Source: Prorocentrum cordatum
Taxonomy: Eukaryota
Length of the DNA stretch: 56,255 nucleotides
NCBI GenBank assembly: GCA_963575745.1
Contig: CAUYUJ010000099.1
Location: forward strand, 62,001-118,255
Direction: 5' to 3'
Positions 1-11,519 of this stretch are shown piece after piece; within the stretch, counting starts at the first letter, position 1, and every line of letters starts with the position of its first letter. The position numbers were made by a program, and so were the translations under genes. The notes below the pieces were generated by a model, which was not told the DNA's origin, did not search any database, and saw only the letters and a list, made by a program, of their open reading frames with translations.

Positions 1-59
1 AGGAAATCTCCTGCACACCCGACGGCAGCGCACCGCCCCTCGCTCTTGGCCCGAGCGAG

Positions 60-93
60 GCATCCTTACCGAGTGCAGCTCGCTCTTGAGCAG
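60..93 (+). CDS. Probable internal exon of Na+/Ca2+ exchanger (Calx-beta region)
   Basis: AG at 58-59, GC donor at 94-95. Reads HPYRVQLALEQ and joins in phase 0 to GGASFD at 3048, resembling Calx-beta 'F.V.L....GGA.FD'. Boundary echo agcag|g at both junctions. Confidence 0.45.
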
Positions 94-280
94 GCGTCCC
101 GTTCCCTGCTCCCTTGGGAATGCGACGCCTTCCGGGAGCGGGCGCTCTGACCCACGCCCTCTCATTGGGCAGAGTTTTCTGGCGGGGAGGGGTGTGGCAC
201 CTCAGCAGTGTGCCCCCATCCGCCGCCTGGACTGAAGGCTGGCTGGGGCAGGGATCTGCCAGGCGGGTTCTCGCAGCAAA

Positions 281-1330
281 CCTCCTCCTCCTCCTCCTCC
301 TCCTCCTCCTCCTCCTCCTCCTCTTCCTCCTCCTGTTCCTGTTCCTTCTCCTCCTCCTCCTCCTCCTCCTCCTCCTTCGCCTCCTCCTCCGCCTCCGCCT
401 CCTCCTCCTCCTCCGCCGCCTCCTCCTTCTCCTCCGCCTCCTCCTTCTCCTCCCCCATTCACCAGCCTCCCCCTCGTGGCCCCACCCTTCCCGCTTCCTC
501 CCACCCACCCCAGTCCCCCCAGGTTTGTTCCACTTCGCTCCAATTGCATCCGCCTCTGCCGCTTTCTCCGGATGCAGAGACGAAGCATGTGGAAGCGCAG
601 TAGGAACAGGAGGTGGTTGAGGAGGAGGAAGAGGAGGAGGAGGAGGAGGAGGAGGAGGAGGAGGAGGAGGAGGAGGAGGAGGAGGAGCGAGGGGTGCGTC
701 ACAAATTGGTCCGAGTTCTGGTGAGTATTGAAAACATTGTCGCAGTCAAAGCCTCGGCTTTATTTGGTTGGTTTGTGGTGTACGCATCTGTGTATGCTTG
801 TCAGTATGTATGTATGCGTGTCTGTATGTATGCATGCATGTATGCATGTGTGTACGGATGCATGTGTGCACGTGTGTATGTTTGTATGTATGTATGTACG
901 TATGTGTGTGTATGTATGTATGTATGTATGTATGTATGTATGTTTGTATGTATGTATGTATGGATGGATGGATGGATGGATGGATGGATGGATGGATGGA
1001 TGGATGGATGGATGTATGCATGCATGCATGCATGCATGCATGTATGTATGTATGTATGTATGTATGTATGTATGTATGTATGATTGTATATATAATATAC
1101 ATGAACGTAAGTATGTAGGTAAGTATGGGTGGTTGGATGTATGGATGGATGGCTGTACGTAGGTATGTCAGTAGGTAGATCGGTAGGTATGGATGGATGC
1201 AGGCATGCATGGATGCTTACATGCTGAGCTTCCTAAACGACGCGTGAATATACATGTGATTACATATATTTACATACAAACAGATATATATATATATATA
1301 TATATATAATACGCATGTATGTGTGTGATG
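281..1330. repeat. Compound microsatellite cluster (CTC)n, (GAG)n, (TATG)n, (GGAT)n, (TA)n
   Basis: Directly visible simple repeats. Confidence 0.97.
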
Positions 1331-2009
1331 TAGAACTCGGCCTCCGTGCCGCTAAGCACGAAGTCTCTTTTCGTCTCCAACAATCCTTTATGCTTCAACA
1401 TTTAGTGAGGCAAGTACTGTTACATGGGCCCATACCCCCATTGGCGGATTTCCCCAGGGTTATCGCATGCGTCCGTGGGCGCCCCGCGTGAGCATTGGGC
1501 CGTCCGCATGACTGTGCGGGGTGCGTCGCGTGACTTTCCATGGGCACGAGAATTCAAAGACGAGCCAAACGGGACCCAAGAGGTCCCTTATACGGTCCAA
1601 GAGTGTTCCGAGGCGGCCCACGAACTCTCCAAGATTGCACAACATGGTTTCCATACGGCCAAGAGGCTCCCAACACGCCCCGAGAGGGCCACAAGAGAAC
1701 CCCCCATGAAGGTCCCAAGGGGTACACAGCATCACTGTTTTTTTGTATGTGCTGAAGGGTTTTTCCCCTGTTGCCTTTTCTGGCTTCCAACCGCGCAGTA
1801 TCGCCCCAATGCAGCCAAAACAGCTCCCGAGAGGGCCCGTCGACGGCCCCAAGATCGCCGAAAAGCGGCATAAGAAGCCCAGGAGATTGCCCAGTTGGTC
1901 CCCAGGAGGGCCCCAAGAGGGGGAGATCAAAGGGGCGTTGAAAGCCTTTCCCCAGAGCCCAAACTCCAAGATGCTCCCATGAGGCCTCCGAGAGGCTCCC
2001 AAGATGGCC

Positions 2010-2910
2010 CGAAGGAGTGTTCTTCAAAGTGCAAGTTTATCATCCGATCTCCATGGGTTTCGTGGTATGGCTGTGGCAGTGGCAGAAACCGTATTCCACT
2101 ATTCGGGAGGGGGTTTAGCCTTATCAGTCTGATCATTGGGGCCATCTTGAGCGGACAGTTCAGACATCCATATTGCGCCAGATAGGTGCGGGTGCCTTAC
2201 GTGTAGAAGTGCTTGTCCTTCTGTCGGATCAAGGTCGAAAGATCGCGTGTTCAATCGCACCACGCTTATTGATTGCGAAGTGGAGTGCGCGAGCGATCAA
2301 GAATTGATTGGTTCAGGGTACCTTGGACGTCTTCGATCGCAACCGAGAAGCAAGACATCCAACCTTGAACCGAGGAAAACTCAGCGAATTTGAGAATTGG
2401 GCCTCTTGCGGTGGATATATTGTGGATTCGTCTTGGCGTGGGTGGACATGGCAGAAGGAGGAGGACGAGGAGGATTGGGGGGGAGGACGATGACCACACG
2501 GACAAAGACGAGGACGAGGACGAGGACGAAGAGGAGAGACAGTTGAGATCATACTTTACAGAAAGAGCATGGATGAGGACGCCGGAGGGAGGAACAAGGA
2601 GGAACACGATGAGGAGGGAGGCTGGAGGAGGGAGAAGCAGGCGGAGGAGGAGGAGGAGGAGGAGGAGGAGGAGGAGGAGGAGGAGGAGGGAGGAGGGAGG
2701 AGGAGAAGGAGGAGGAGGAGGAGGAGGAGGGGGAGGAGGAAGGACACTTGAAACTGGAGGGGAGTAGGGCGCTGTATCGAGGATACCCATCGTTGGGGAG
2801 CACCACCACGTATGTTTCTGTGGGCGGGGTCGAGCAGTGGTCGTCGAGCGTGACTTCGCACGTCGCACCAAGAACATCCAATACATACTGAATACGGCGC
2901 TGGAGTCCTT
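2010..2910 (+). pseudogene. Possible highly decayed LINE endonuclease fragment interrupted by GGA tracts
   Basis: Only weak motif echoes (..GWTWQ.., RQL-DH, GRAVVVE) across frameshifts. Confidence 0.2.
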
Positions 2911-3047
2911 CCGCCGGAGGAGGAGGAGGAGGAGGAGGAAGAAGAAGAAGAAGAATGAGGAGGAGGAGGAGGAAGGAGGAGAAGGAGGAGGAGTGCCAGA
3001 GGTGGGCGCAGGGATGAAGCAGGAAGAGGAGCAGCAGTCGCCAGCAG

Positions 3048-3140
3048 GGCGGCGCCTCGTTCGACCCCGAGTGCGACGGGGGCAAGGACAACAGCTGCAT
3101 CCTGTCGGTCTTCATCGAGTGCAGCGGGGAGGCGGCCAAG
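3048..3140 (+). CDS. Na+/Ca2+ exchanger exon (end of Calx-beta domain)
   Basis: cag|GGC acceptor, aag|GC donor. 93 nt reading GGASFDPECDGGKDNSCILSVFIECSGEAAK; phase 0 fits the next exon. Confidence 0.7.
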
Positions 3141-3282
3141 GCGCCAGAAGGGTATCCAAGCCTGGGCGTGTGCCCCGCCCAGATTCGTTCTTGCCGAATG
3201 TCTCTCTTCCACCCTGTTTTTTGTTTCTTGTTCTCTCTCTCTCTCACACACTCTCTCTCTCACTCTCTCTCTCTCTCTCGGT

Positions 3283-3321
<39 letters not shown>

Positions 3322-3868
3322 GAGAGTTCCGTCCTGTCCCTTCCCTATCCTTCCCTTCCTCCCCCCCTCCGTCCTCCTTGCCCTCCATCTCTTCTCGCTT
3401 CCCTCTCCCATCCCTCGTCGTCCTCATCCCTTCTTCCTTCCTCCCCTGTTCCTCGCTTCTCGTCCTCCTACTCATATTATATTTTTCTCCGTCGGGCATG
3501 CGCTCGCGCGTCTGTGCGCGTGCAATGCGTACCACTGATGTGTCATAACACCTTCAGGTGACTCTAGGGGCCTGCGATTGTACGTCCTCCCTTCATGGTT
3601 GCTGGGGGCTCGTGCATACAGTCTAGTTCCATGGTAAGGACACGGTACTTGCATCTTTGCATCCTTGCATCCTTGCATCCTCGGCCAACCCTTGGCCAGT
3701 TTCGACATCCAAGGGCGTCCAACTTGGAAGGTCCAAGGACCTCGCATCCTGACCTTGCGTCCTTACTGACGATTTTGGCTGTACTCTTCCACTCCCTCCC
3801 TCCGTGAGGAAACCAAAAGGAGACAGGCCGCGGCAGGCGCGTGCGTTCCGTGAGATCCCCCGCGGCAG

Positions 3869-4161
3869 GAGCGCGTGGATCACGTCTGGCAGAAGCTCCA
3901 GCGGAAGTGGGACAAGTCTCGGCTCGGGCACTCCAACTGGAGGGACCAGTTCATGAGCGCGCTGTACGTCAATGGCTCGGCCCCGGATGAGCCCAATCCC
4001 GCCTCCGAAGGAGGACGGTCGATGCAGGCTGGCGTGACGTTATCGGAGATATCGTCGGCGGTAGAGCAGCCCAGCGCAGCAGACTACGCCATGCACTTCA
4101 TCACCCTTCCCTGGAAGCTGCTCTTCGCATTCGTGCCGCCAACCGACTACTGCGGTGGCTG
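3869..4161 (+). CDS. Na+/Ca2+ exchanger exon (cytoplasmic loop end)
   Basis: ERVDHVWQ...NWRDQFMSALYV...DYAMHFITLPWKLLFAFVPPTDYCGGW matches the NCX signatures W.EQF..A and HF...WK.LFA.VPP..Y.GGW. AG acceptor 3867-3868, GC donor 4162-4163. Confidence 0.93.
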
Positions 4162-4754
4162 GCTCCTGGCGCGCAAAGACTAGTACTGCACGTTTGAGTG
4201 CAAGGGTGGTAGGCCCAGATGGCCTGGACCATCTAACGTGTTGAATTGAGACCCTCCCCGCCACGGGCAGCTCCCAAAAGTCTCCCTTCTGGTGGGGCTC
4301 TCCTGGAGGTCTCTGGGGCCGTCATCGGCCGACGGAAGCTCAAACAGGCGATGAGGCGAAAAGCATCACAAAATGCAAGATAATCCATGACTTGGGTCTC
4401 TTCGTGCCCTCTTGGAAGTCCTCTTGGAGCCCTCATAGGTCGTATCGGGGGCCGAGTGGGCCGTCTTGAGGCCAGCTGGGGCCGTCTTAGGGCCATCTTG
4501 GGCCCCCCTCGCCGTTTTGGAAGCCGTCATGGAGGCATCTCGGGCGGAAAAGCTCACGGGACGTAGTTCGCCCGGGTGGCCGGCGGGTTGGGCCGGTGGC
4601 CATTGGGAATTTGTGGCATAGTAAAAGTCACCCCAGCACAGCACCTTGATCACAGCAAAGGTGAAGAGGCGTGTCGAGGAGTCGGATGATGGCCAGTGAG
4701 TGCGTGCATTCCCAGGCATTCTTGGGGATTCCCAGGAAGCGCACGGTCATGTGC

Positions 4755-4775
4755 ATCGTAGTTATTTGGCTCGAG
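4755..4775 (+). other. Degenerate dinoflagellate spliced-leader relic
   Basis: atcgtagttatttggctcgag vs DCCGTAGCCATTTTGGCTCAAG, with several transitions and one gap. Confidence 0.4.
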
Positions 4776-5679
4776 GCATCCTGGCCGTGCGGAACAAGAA
4801 TGTAGCCAGCACTGAGGCGAGGAGGAGGAGGAGGAGGAGGAGGAGGAGGAGGAGGAGGAGGAGGAGGAGGGAGGGAGAAGAGGAGGAGGAGGAGGAGGAG
4901 GAAGAGGAGGAGGAGGAGGCACGGTTCCTGAGTAAGTTGTGGGGAAGCCTCGGGCGCAAGGGCTGCCAGGACGGGCGGTGCAGGGCCGCCCGTCCACTTC
5001 TGGAGTTCTTCTGCAGCGTCTTGTTGATATTACCAGAGCCCTCCAGCGAATCGCTGTTAGGTAAGTTTTCAAAATTCTAAACGCTTCGCGTATCCCCCCA
5101 GCTACAGCTTCTGTCGCCGCCTGCGCTCTCGCGGCCGCGACCGAAAAAGTATCCCCCCAGCCGCACCAGCTACCCTGGGCGTCTGCAGACCACCCAGCCA
5201 GCTCCCCCCAGCAGCAGCCCCGCGGCAGCCGCTTCTGAGTGCTGGCCCGGCCGGCTTGCGCGTCGCTCAGTAGCCAATTAGGCTGGCCCGTGCCCCGGAC
5301 CCCCTCTCGGAGACTGCTTCACGCGTCTGCCCGCGGCCAAAAAAAAGTATCCCCCAGCCCATCCAAAACCGACGCCCAGGCGAGTTGAGACGATCAAGGA
5401 CGTGTAGAAGCAAAGATGGGGACAGCCGTCATCGTTCGAGGAAGGAGGAGGATGGATGAGGGAGGACGGGGGAGGATGATCAATTTGCTGATGAGGAGGA
5501 GCAGGAGAAGGAGGACGAGGAGGAGAAGGAGGAGGAGGAGGAGGAGAAAATGGACAAGGAGGAGGAGGAGGAGGAAGAGGAGGAGAAGGAGGAGGAAGTG
5601 GGGGAGGGGGAGGAGGGAGGAGGAGGGAGAGTATGCGGAGAAGGCGGGGGATAAGGAAAAGCGAGCAGAAGAGCCATAA

Positions 5680-6400
5680 GCCTCTTGAATGCCTCTCGGA
5701 GTCTCCTCGGATGTCTCTTGGAAGCTTGTTAGAGGCCTCTTGAAGCGTCTGGGGAGTATCTTGGCGGACCCACGAACGTCTTTGAGCGTCTTGGGTGTTT
5801 CGGGGATGGTCTCTTGGGGGTCTCTTGGGAGCCTCTTGGAGGCCTCTTGGAGCCGCCTGGGCGCCTCTTGTGGCCCTCTTGCGGCGCTCTTGGGGATTTT
5901 AAGTGCGCTCTTGGGGCCATCTTGGAGGACATCGATCAAAAAAGAGGGGAGCTCCAATTCGCCCCCCCCCCCCCCCGCTCCCCCCTCCTGGGGAGCCCCA
6001 AAAATCGTGTCGTGGGGCGCTCTCGGGGCGGTCTTGGAGCGCTCTCTGGCACTTGGGGGCCGTCTTCGGGCTCTCTCGGGCCTCTCTTGGGGCTCGCTTG
6101 GGCCATCTTGGAGGCATCTTGAGGCTTCGGAAGGCTATCGACAGCGAACGGGCGACGATGCAACAATCATGAATGTTCCTTAGTTTGTTGACGGTTGTTG
6201 GCTTCTTGGATGCTTCTGTAGGGGTCTCGGAGGCCTCTTGGAGCCGTCTTGGGGCGGCCTTGGGGCCTCTTGGAGCATTGTGGGGACCATCTTCAGGCGA
6301 TTTGGGCTGGTTGGGGCGATTTGGGCTGGTTGGGGTCAGCTTGGAGATCATCCTGGGCTCTCCGAGGCGCTCTTGGAGCCTTCTTGGGCAAACAAGTACC
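5680..6400 (+). repeat. Interspersed 'tcttgg/ccaaga'-rich repeat family
   Basis: Recurrent ggcctcttgg/gccatcttgg units. Related tracts at ~4300-4545, 7745-7900 and 20880-21270; opposite orientation at ~1560-2010, 21280-22003 and 29047-29290. Confidence 0.85.
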
Positions 6401-6525
6401 CGCTGACACCTCGCGGCCGGCCCCGTCCAGGGCCAGGGGAGGGGGTAATGGGGAGGGGTCAAGGTACCCACCCGCCCGCAAGCCGTCTAGCTCACTCCCA
6501 CCCGCCCTCACAACACAGAAGTAAC

Positions 6526-6692
6526 TCAGAAGGGGTAAAAACACACAGACACAATGAATCGTCGATTCCCCTGAAAATATGGGAAAATATGGGAAGTGGG
6601 GGGGGAGACGAAAACCCAGAAAATATAGGGAAATATGGGGAAGCCTTTTTTTACTTGTGTGTATTTCTTTGTGTGTCCCTGGGGCCCCTGCA
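6526..6692 (+). mobile_element. ~165-bp non-autonomous element family A, copy 1
   Basis: g(g/a)aggggtaaaaacacacagacacaa...ttgtgtgtccctggggcccct, homologous to four other copies. Confidence 0.88.
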
Positions 6693-7924
6693 GTAACACC
6701 CGAGCCTGAGCATGTTCAGCGGTCGTCTTTGCATGGGCAGCTGCTGGGAACCAAAGCCGACCCCGGGCGCGCCACGCTCGGGCCGGGGGCGCCGCGCGCG
6801 CCAGGGGCGCCGCGCGCGCCTAGGCACCCCTGGGCCCGAGCGTGTCGGGCACGCCTGGTGCGCCGGGTGCGCCACGTGCCCCGGGTGCACCGGGTGTGCC
6901 ACTTTGAACCTCCTCCTCCTGCTCCTCCTCCCTCCTCCTCCTCCTCCTCCTCCTCCTCCTCCTCCTCCCCTCCTCCTCCTCCCCTCCCCCTCCTCCTCCT
7001 CCTCCTCCCCTCCCCCTCCCCCTCCCCCTCCTCCTCCGCGCCGGGTGCGCCACGCTCGGGGCAGGTGCAGGGTGCGTCAGGTGCGCCTGCGCACGTGACA
7101 GCACGCATCGGGAGTCGTGTCGGCCCCAGCCATCGCTGCCGAAAGCCAATGCCCATCGTTGTGTCTGGCGGGCCTGCGCACAGCAGGCCACGCGCCACGC
7201 GGGATGGCCGCGCATGATCCAGATTTAGCCGCGAGGTGCGTGTTGTACTGTTTTTTGTCAGCGATGGTAGCCTGGCGCACAGCAGGGAATATGCTGAACC
7301 CCCCGCCGCCCCGGTCAAAACAATACTCGCGGGCCTCACGAATTTAGCTCAAGATTTTGCCCCAAAGTGTATTCTGCATTGTTTTTTGACAGGGATGGTG
7401 GGGGCGGGCGCATCAGGTTGGCCGCGCATGCTCCAAATGTGGAGGCAGAGTGCGGCTTGCATTGTTGTTTGACAGCAATGGTGGGGAGCGGGCCCGCATG
7501 GAGTCGGCATGGTTCCGGGTTGGCCGCCGGCCGCGTGGGGGAGGGGGTGCATATTAATAAGGAACAGCGATAGACCCCTCCCCGAAGGGGAGGACGGGGG
7601 TTGGAAGAGAAGCTGCCCTGGACCACCTACGCCCAGAGGGCTGGTGGGATTTCGGCAGGCCAAGCACCATTTTGTAAGCAACAGGGGTCGGCGGATCTAG
7701 TTGCATTCGGTCCGTCCTGCCACCGTGCCTGGGTCGTGCACAGAAGGCTTCTTAGAGGCTTCTTAGGATCTCTTGGGGTCTCTTGGGTTGTCTTTGAGGG
7801 GCCTCTTGGAGACATCTTGGGGGCATCCTGGGGGCCTCTTGGAGGCCTCGTGGGGACCTGGCCTGGGGACCTCTTGGGGGCTTCCGAGCCCTTGCAAAAG
7901 GCGCTTTCGGAAGTACGCCGTGTG

Positions 7925-8087
7925 TGAGGAGGGGTAAAAACACACAGACACAATGAATCGTCGATTCCCCTGAAAATATAAGAAAATATGGGAAGTGGGG
8001 GGGAAGACGAAAACCCAGAAAATACGGGAAAATATAGGGAATCCTGTTATTTGTGTCTACTTATTTGTGTGTCCCAGGGCCCCTTCA
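7925..8087 (+). mobile_element. Family A copy 2
   Basis: Same sequence; ends 28 nt upstream of the NCX exon at 8116. Confidence 0.88.
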
Positions 8088-8115
8088 GTGTGTGCTGGGA
8101 TGGGTGGCTCCCTAG

Positions 8116-8583
8116 GCTCAGTTTCATGTGCTCCTTGCTGATGATCGCGCTCGTCACCGCCATCATCGGCGACATGGCCGCACTCCTTGGCTGCGTTCTT
8201 GGCCTCCCAGACGAGGTCACCGCGATCACATTTGTGGCGCTCGGCACCTCCTTGCCCGACACTTTCGCGTCAAGAACGGCAGCCGTGCAAGATCCCACCG
8301 CAGACGCATCGGTTGGCAACGTTACGGGCAGCAACTCTGTCAATGTCTTTCTTGGATTGGGCCTGCCATGGACGATGGGTTCGCTTTACTGGTCTTATTC
8401 CGAGCCCGATGCGAAATGGCTGAGCAAATACGCACCACCTTTGGGTGTAGAATCTTTGGTCCCGATCCAATCGCGTTTCCGTGAAGGTGCGTTCGTTGTC
8501 AGGAAGGGCGCGCTCGTCCCCAGCGTTGCCGTCTTCACTTGCTGCGCACTCGTGGCCATGGGCATGCTCTACTACCGCCGGAG
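8116..8583 (+). CDS. Na+/Ca2+ exchanger exon with alpha-2 repeat
   Basis: [21 protein letters not shown]...[18 protein letters not shown]...[24 protein letters not shown] is the NCX alpha-2 repeat. The Trp codon split tg|g joins 4161 in frame. GC donor at 8584. Confidence 0.96.
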
Positions 8584-8666
8584 GCTCCGTGGGCGTCGAA
8601 GGCGAGGACAGGGAAGAGGAGGGAGGGGAAGGAAGAAGCAGGAAGCAGGAACAGGAGGAGTCCGAG

Positions 8667-8742
8667 GCACCTTGGCGGCGAGCTTGGCGGGCCGAAGTAC
8701 AACAAGATGGTGTCCGCCGGCGTCCTCGTCGTCCTGTGGGTG
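8667..8742 (+). CDS. Na+/Ca2+ exchanger exon (last TM helix start); final exon not located
   Basis: After an 83-nt GC-AG intron it reads (R)[25 protein letters not shown], the NCX C-terminal 'GGELGGP' motif. 3' end uncertain (GT at 8740 or 8743). Confidence 0.85.
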
Positions 8743-8924
8743 GTCCTCACGGGCGACGCCAGAAGGGGGTCTCTGCACACACACACACCACACACACACA
8801 TACACACACACACACACACTGGGTCGGGGTGCACCACGGGCTGGTCCGTGGAATGATGGTCGGGCGGGGACCAGCTTCGACGGTTCGCGGTTTGGCGTCC
8901 CTCCATGTGGTTGGTGGGTTGGCT

Positions 8925-9120
8925 CGAAGAAGAGAAACACCATCGACATAAACTTTTGGCGCTCCGCGCGGATTTCTTGGATCCGCGCCGGGCCACCCCA
9001 GCGGCGCCTCGGGCGCCACCCTGGCGCGCTCCGCGCTCCAGGGAGGGGGGTCCAGCGCAGATCCAAGAAATCTGCGCGGAGCGCCAAAGGTTTCTGTTCA
9101 TGCCGTGGCTTCTTCTTCTG
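8925..9120. mobile_element. ~195-bp foldback MITE family C, copy 1
   Basis: Long inverted arms ttggcgctccgcgcggatttcttggatc ... gatccaagaaatctgcgcggagcgccaa. Second copy at 13183-13380, half copy at ~11640-11708. Confidence 0.88.
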
Positions 9121-9199
9121 TTGGCCGCGGGCGGCGGGCTGATCTGGTCGGGGTGGTCTGGGGTGGGGCTCGGCACTCCCCCTTTGGTTCAGGGTAGAG

Positions 9200-9363
9200 T
9201 CAGGAGGGAAAGAAACACACAGACACAATTAATCCTCCATTCCCCAGAAAATATGGGAAGACATGGGAATTGGGGGGGGAAGACAAACATGCAGAAAATA
9301 TAAGGAAATATGGGGCATCATTTGATTTGTGTGTATTTATTTGTGTGTCCTGGGGCCCCTTCA
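9200..9363 (+). mobile_element. Family A copy 3
   Basis: Flanked by TCA...TCA. Confidence 0.88.
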
Positions 9364-10219
9364 TGGAGCTTGGACGGTGGTTGGTTGACTGCGGGAGTTC
9401 CCCCTCGACTGTCTGTGGCTGGTCCCCGCGGGGCTTCTCGTCTGCCTTGATCCTCTTCCGCCCTCCTCCTCCTCCTGCTCCTCCTGCTCCTCCTCCCCTC
9501 CTCCTCCTGCTCCTCCTCCTTCTCCCCCTCCTCCTCCTCCTCCTCCTCCTCCTCCTCCTCCTCCTGCTCCTCCTCCTCCTCCTCCTCCTCCTCCTCCTCC
9601 TCCTCCTCCTCCCTCTACGCGCTGGCTCTCCAGGGCCGCGCAGTCCGATACCGTACCGAACGTGGCCCTCCCTGCTACACCTTCGGCGCTGATGAAGCTT
9701 GTGCGGCGTTTCTCTCTTGGTCCTCCTTGCTTCAGACTGGAGGGGGCACTTAGAGACACTGCGGCTTCGGCCATCCGCATTGAGTCTTCGGCGACGCTGT
9801 AATTGGTCAAGGGAGGAAAAACTACCCGGACCGGACAATTGGCGTTTATGAAGCGGCCTTGGGCGTTTACTAAGACAGCCCCGCCCTGTTCGATTCCTTC
9901 AGTGGGGGCCTGTCGTAAACGGCTTCGCGTGTCGGGGTGGTTATCCCGGGGGTGGATTTTTTTGCCCTCTAACTGGGGAACGTGCACAACACTTGCGCAC
10001 TTCGAAGGAGTGCTACGCATGCGAGCGCGGCCAGCCGCCTCGAGGAAGTTATTCGCGGAGGCCATCCACAGCGCTGAATTCGTGCGCCTCCGCGGCACAG
10101 CATCTCGACTACATGGAGGAACTGGAGCTGATGCGTGGCGAAAAGTTCTGTTGCATCTGCGGGGGACCTCGCCTGTCCCAAAAATTGGTGTCTTTTTGGG
10201 GGCCCGACGCGTGCTCGAT

Positions 10220-10322
10220 GCGGACTCGACGCGGATTTGGCGTGGATTCGACGCGGATTCGACACGGATTCGACACGGATCCGACGCGTCCGACATGGAT
10301 TCGACACGGATTCGACGCGGAC
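10220..10322. repeat. 11-bp minisatellite (gattcgacrcg)
   Basis: Visible tandem units. Confidence 0.85.
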
Positions 10323-10749
10323 AGGGCCGCGACGGGACAGACAAGGTCCCCCGAGGATGCAACATAAGAAAAGGTGGCGGTGGATGGCGTCTTGAGGCAG
10401 GACGGCCCAGATCGGCGCCCAGCGACAAATCGCGCGAATGTGTTCAGCACGTGCGGACCAAGGAGCGAGAGACCAACTGTGGTTTAGAGTGGGGTGGCGC
10501 CTGCAGCTGGACGAGGCATTCCGGCTAGAGTTCGACCCAAACTTTATGATATTGGCATGGCGTTTGTGAAGTACAGTCAACTTGCATAGCAAGGATGGGC
10601 AGCCTTCCCAACGGTACCCTTGCATCCTTGCCTCCTCGGCCATCCTTGGCCATCCTTGACCACTTTCGTTGGCCGCGCCCCGCTCGAGAAACTTCGAAGC
10701 AGCTCTCCGAGGCCCTTACATCCTTATCGTGCATACTTGTGATACGGGC

Positions 10750-11230
10750 CGACTGTATCTTCCTCTGCCCAGCAAGGCAGCGAGGCAACATCTATTGTCA
10801 GACGCGTGCTTCACTTGCCAACTGGTTGACTTCATGTCCCTTCTAGGGTGCGCACATATGTTTTCCAATATACAGGTTTGGACTTCAGGCTTTGGGGGTA
10901 CCGAGCAATGGAGACCCATAGCTCCACCATTACTCGGCAACCAACACGACATGGTCAGACACAGATATCCGGCGGTTTGCGCTCTCTTCTTGTTTATTTC
11001 GTTGTTCGACCTGGAGGTCATCAGCAGTTTCAAAGGGGGAGGCCCACTCTATGTCAACAGCCAGGACAAGGGCTCACAGCTTGACTTCATTATCGCGCCT
11101 CGCTGTTCTATTCGCATGGTGAGATCGGTGGGCCCACTACCTAAGCTAGGCAGATCGCTGCAGGCCATCGCGTCTCGTCCACCCAGATATCACGTGCCAG
11201 TGCATGCCAGCTTCGCTTGTGCTTTCGCTG
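10750..11230 (+). pseudogene. Decayed LINE APE-endonuclease fragment
   Basis: GGPLYVNSQDKGSQLDFIIAP...GRSLQAIASRPPRYHVPV resembles the APE 'T....S.LD..' and 'DH.PV' motifs. Confidence 0.55.
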
Positions 11231-11356
11231 ACATCCTGGACCTCCCAGGCAAGTTTCCGATGGACATCGGTTTGGACCTGTTCAGAGTCATGGTGGAAGG
11301 CGTCGAGATGCCTTCACGGACGGCCTCGGAAGAGGCTCCAGTCGAGCAGAGTATAA

Positions 11357-11519
11357 TCAGGAGGAGAAAAAACACACAGACACAATTAATCGTCGATTCC
11401 CCAGAGAATATGGGAAAATATGGGAAGTGGGGGGGAAGACAAAAACCCAGAAAATATAGGAAAAGATGGGGAATCCTTTTATTTGTGTGTATTTATTTGT
11501 GTGTCCCAGGGCTCCTTCA
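11357..11519 (+). mobile_element. Family A copy 4
   Basis: Flanked by TCA...TCA. Confidence 0.88.

Noticed and set aside
114..1210. Poly-L/E/G and MYVC ORFs (also 37063-40770 and 45489-46653)
   Set aside because: Translations of microsatellites.
7988..9142. 384-aa ORF as a single CDS
   Set aside because: The N-terminus derives from a family A repeat and the C-terminus from intron/MITE sequence. Only 8116-8583 is NCX in this frame.
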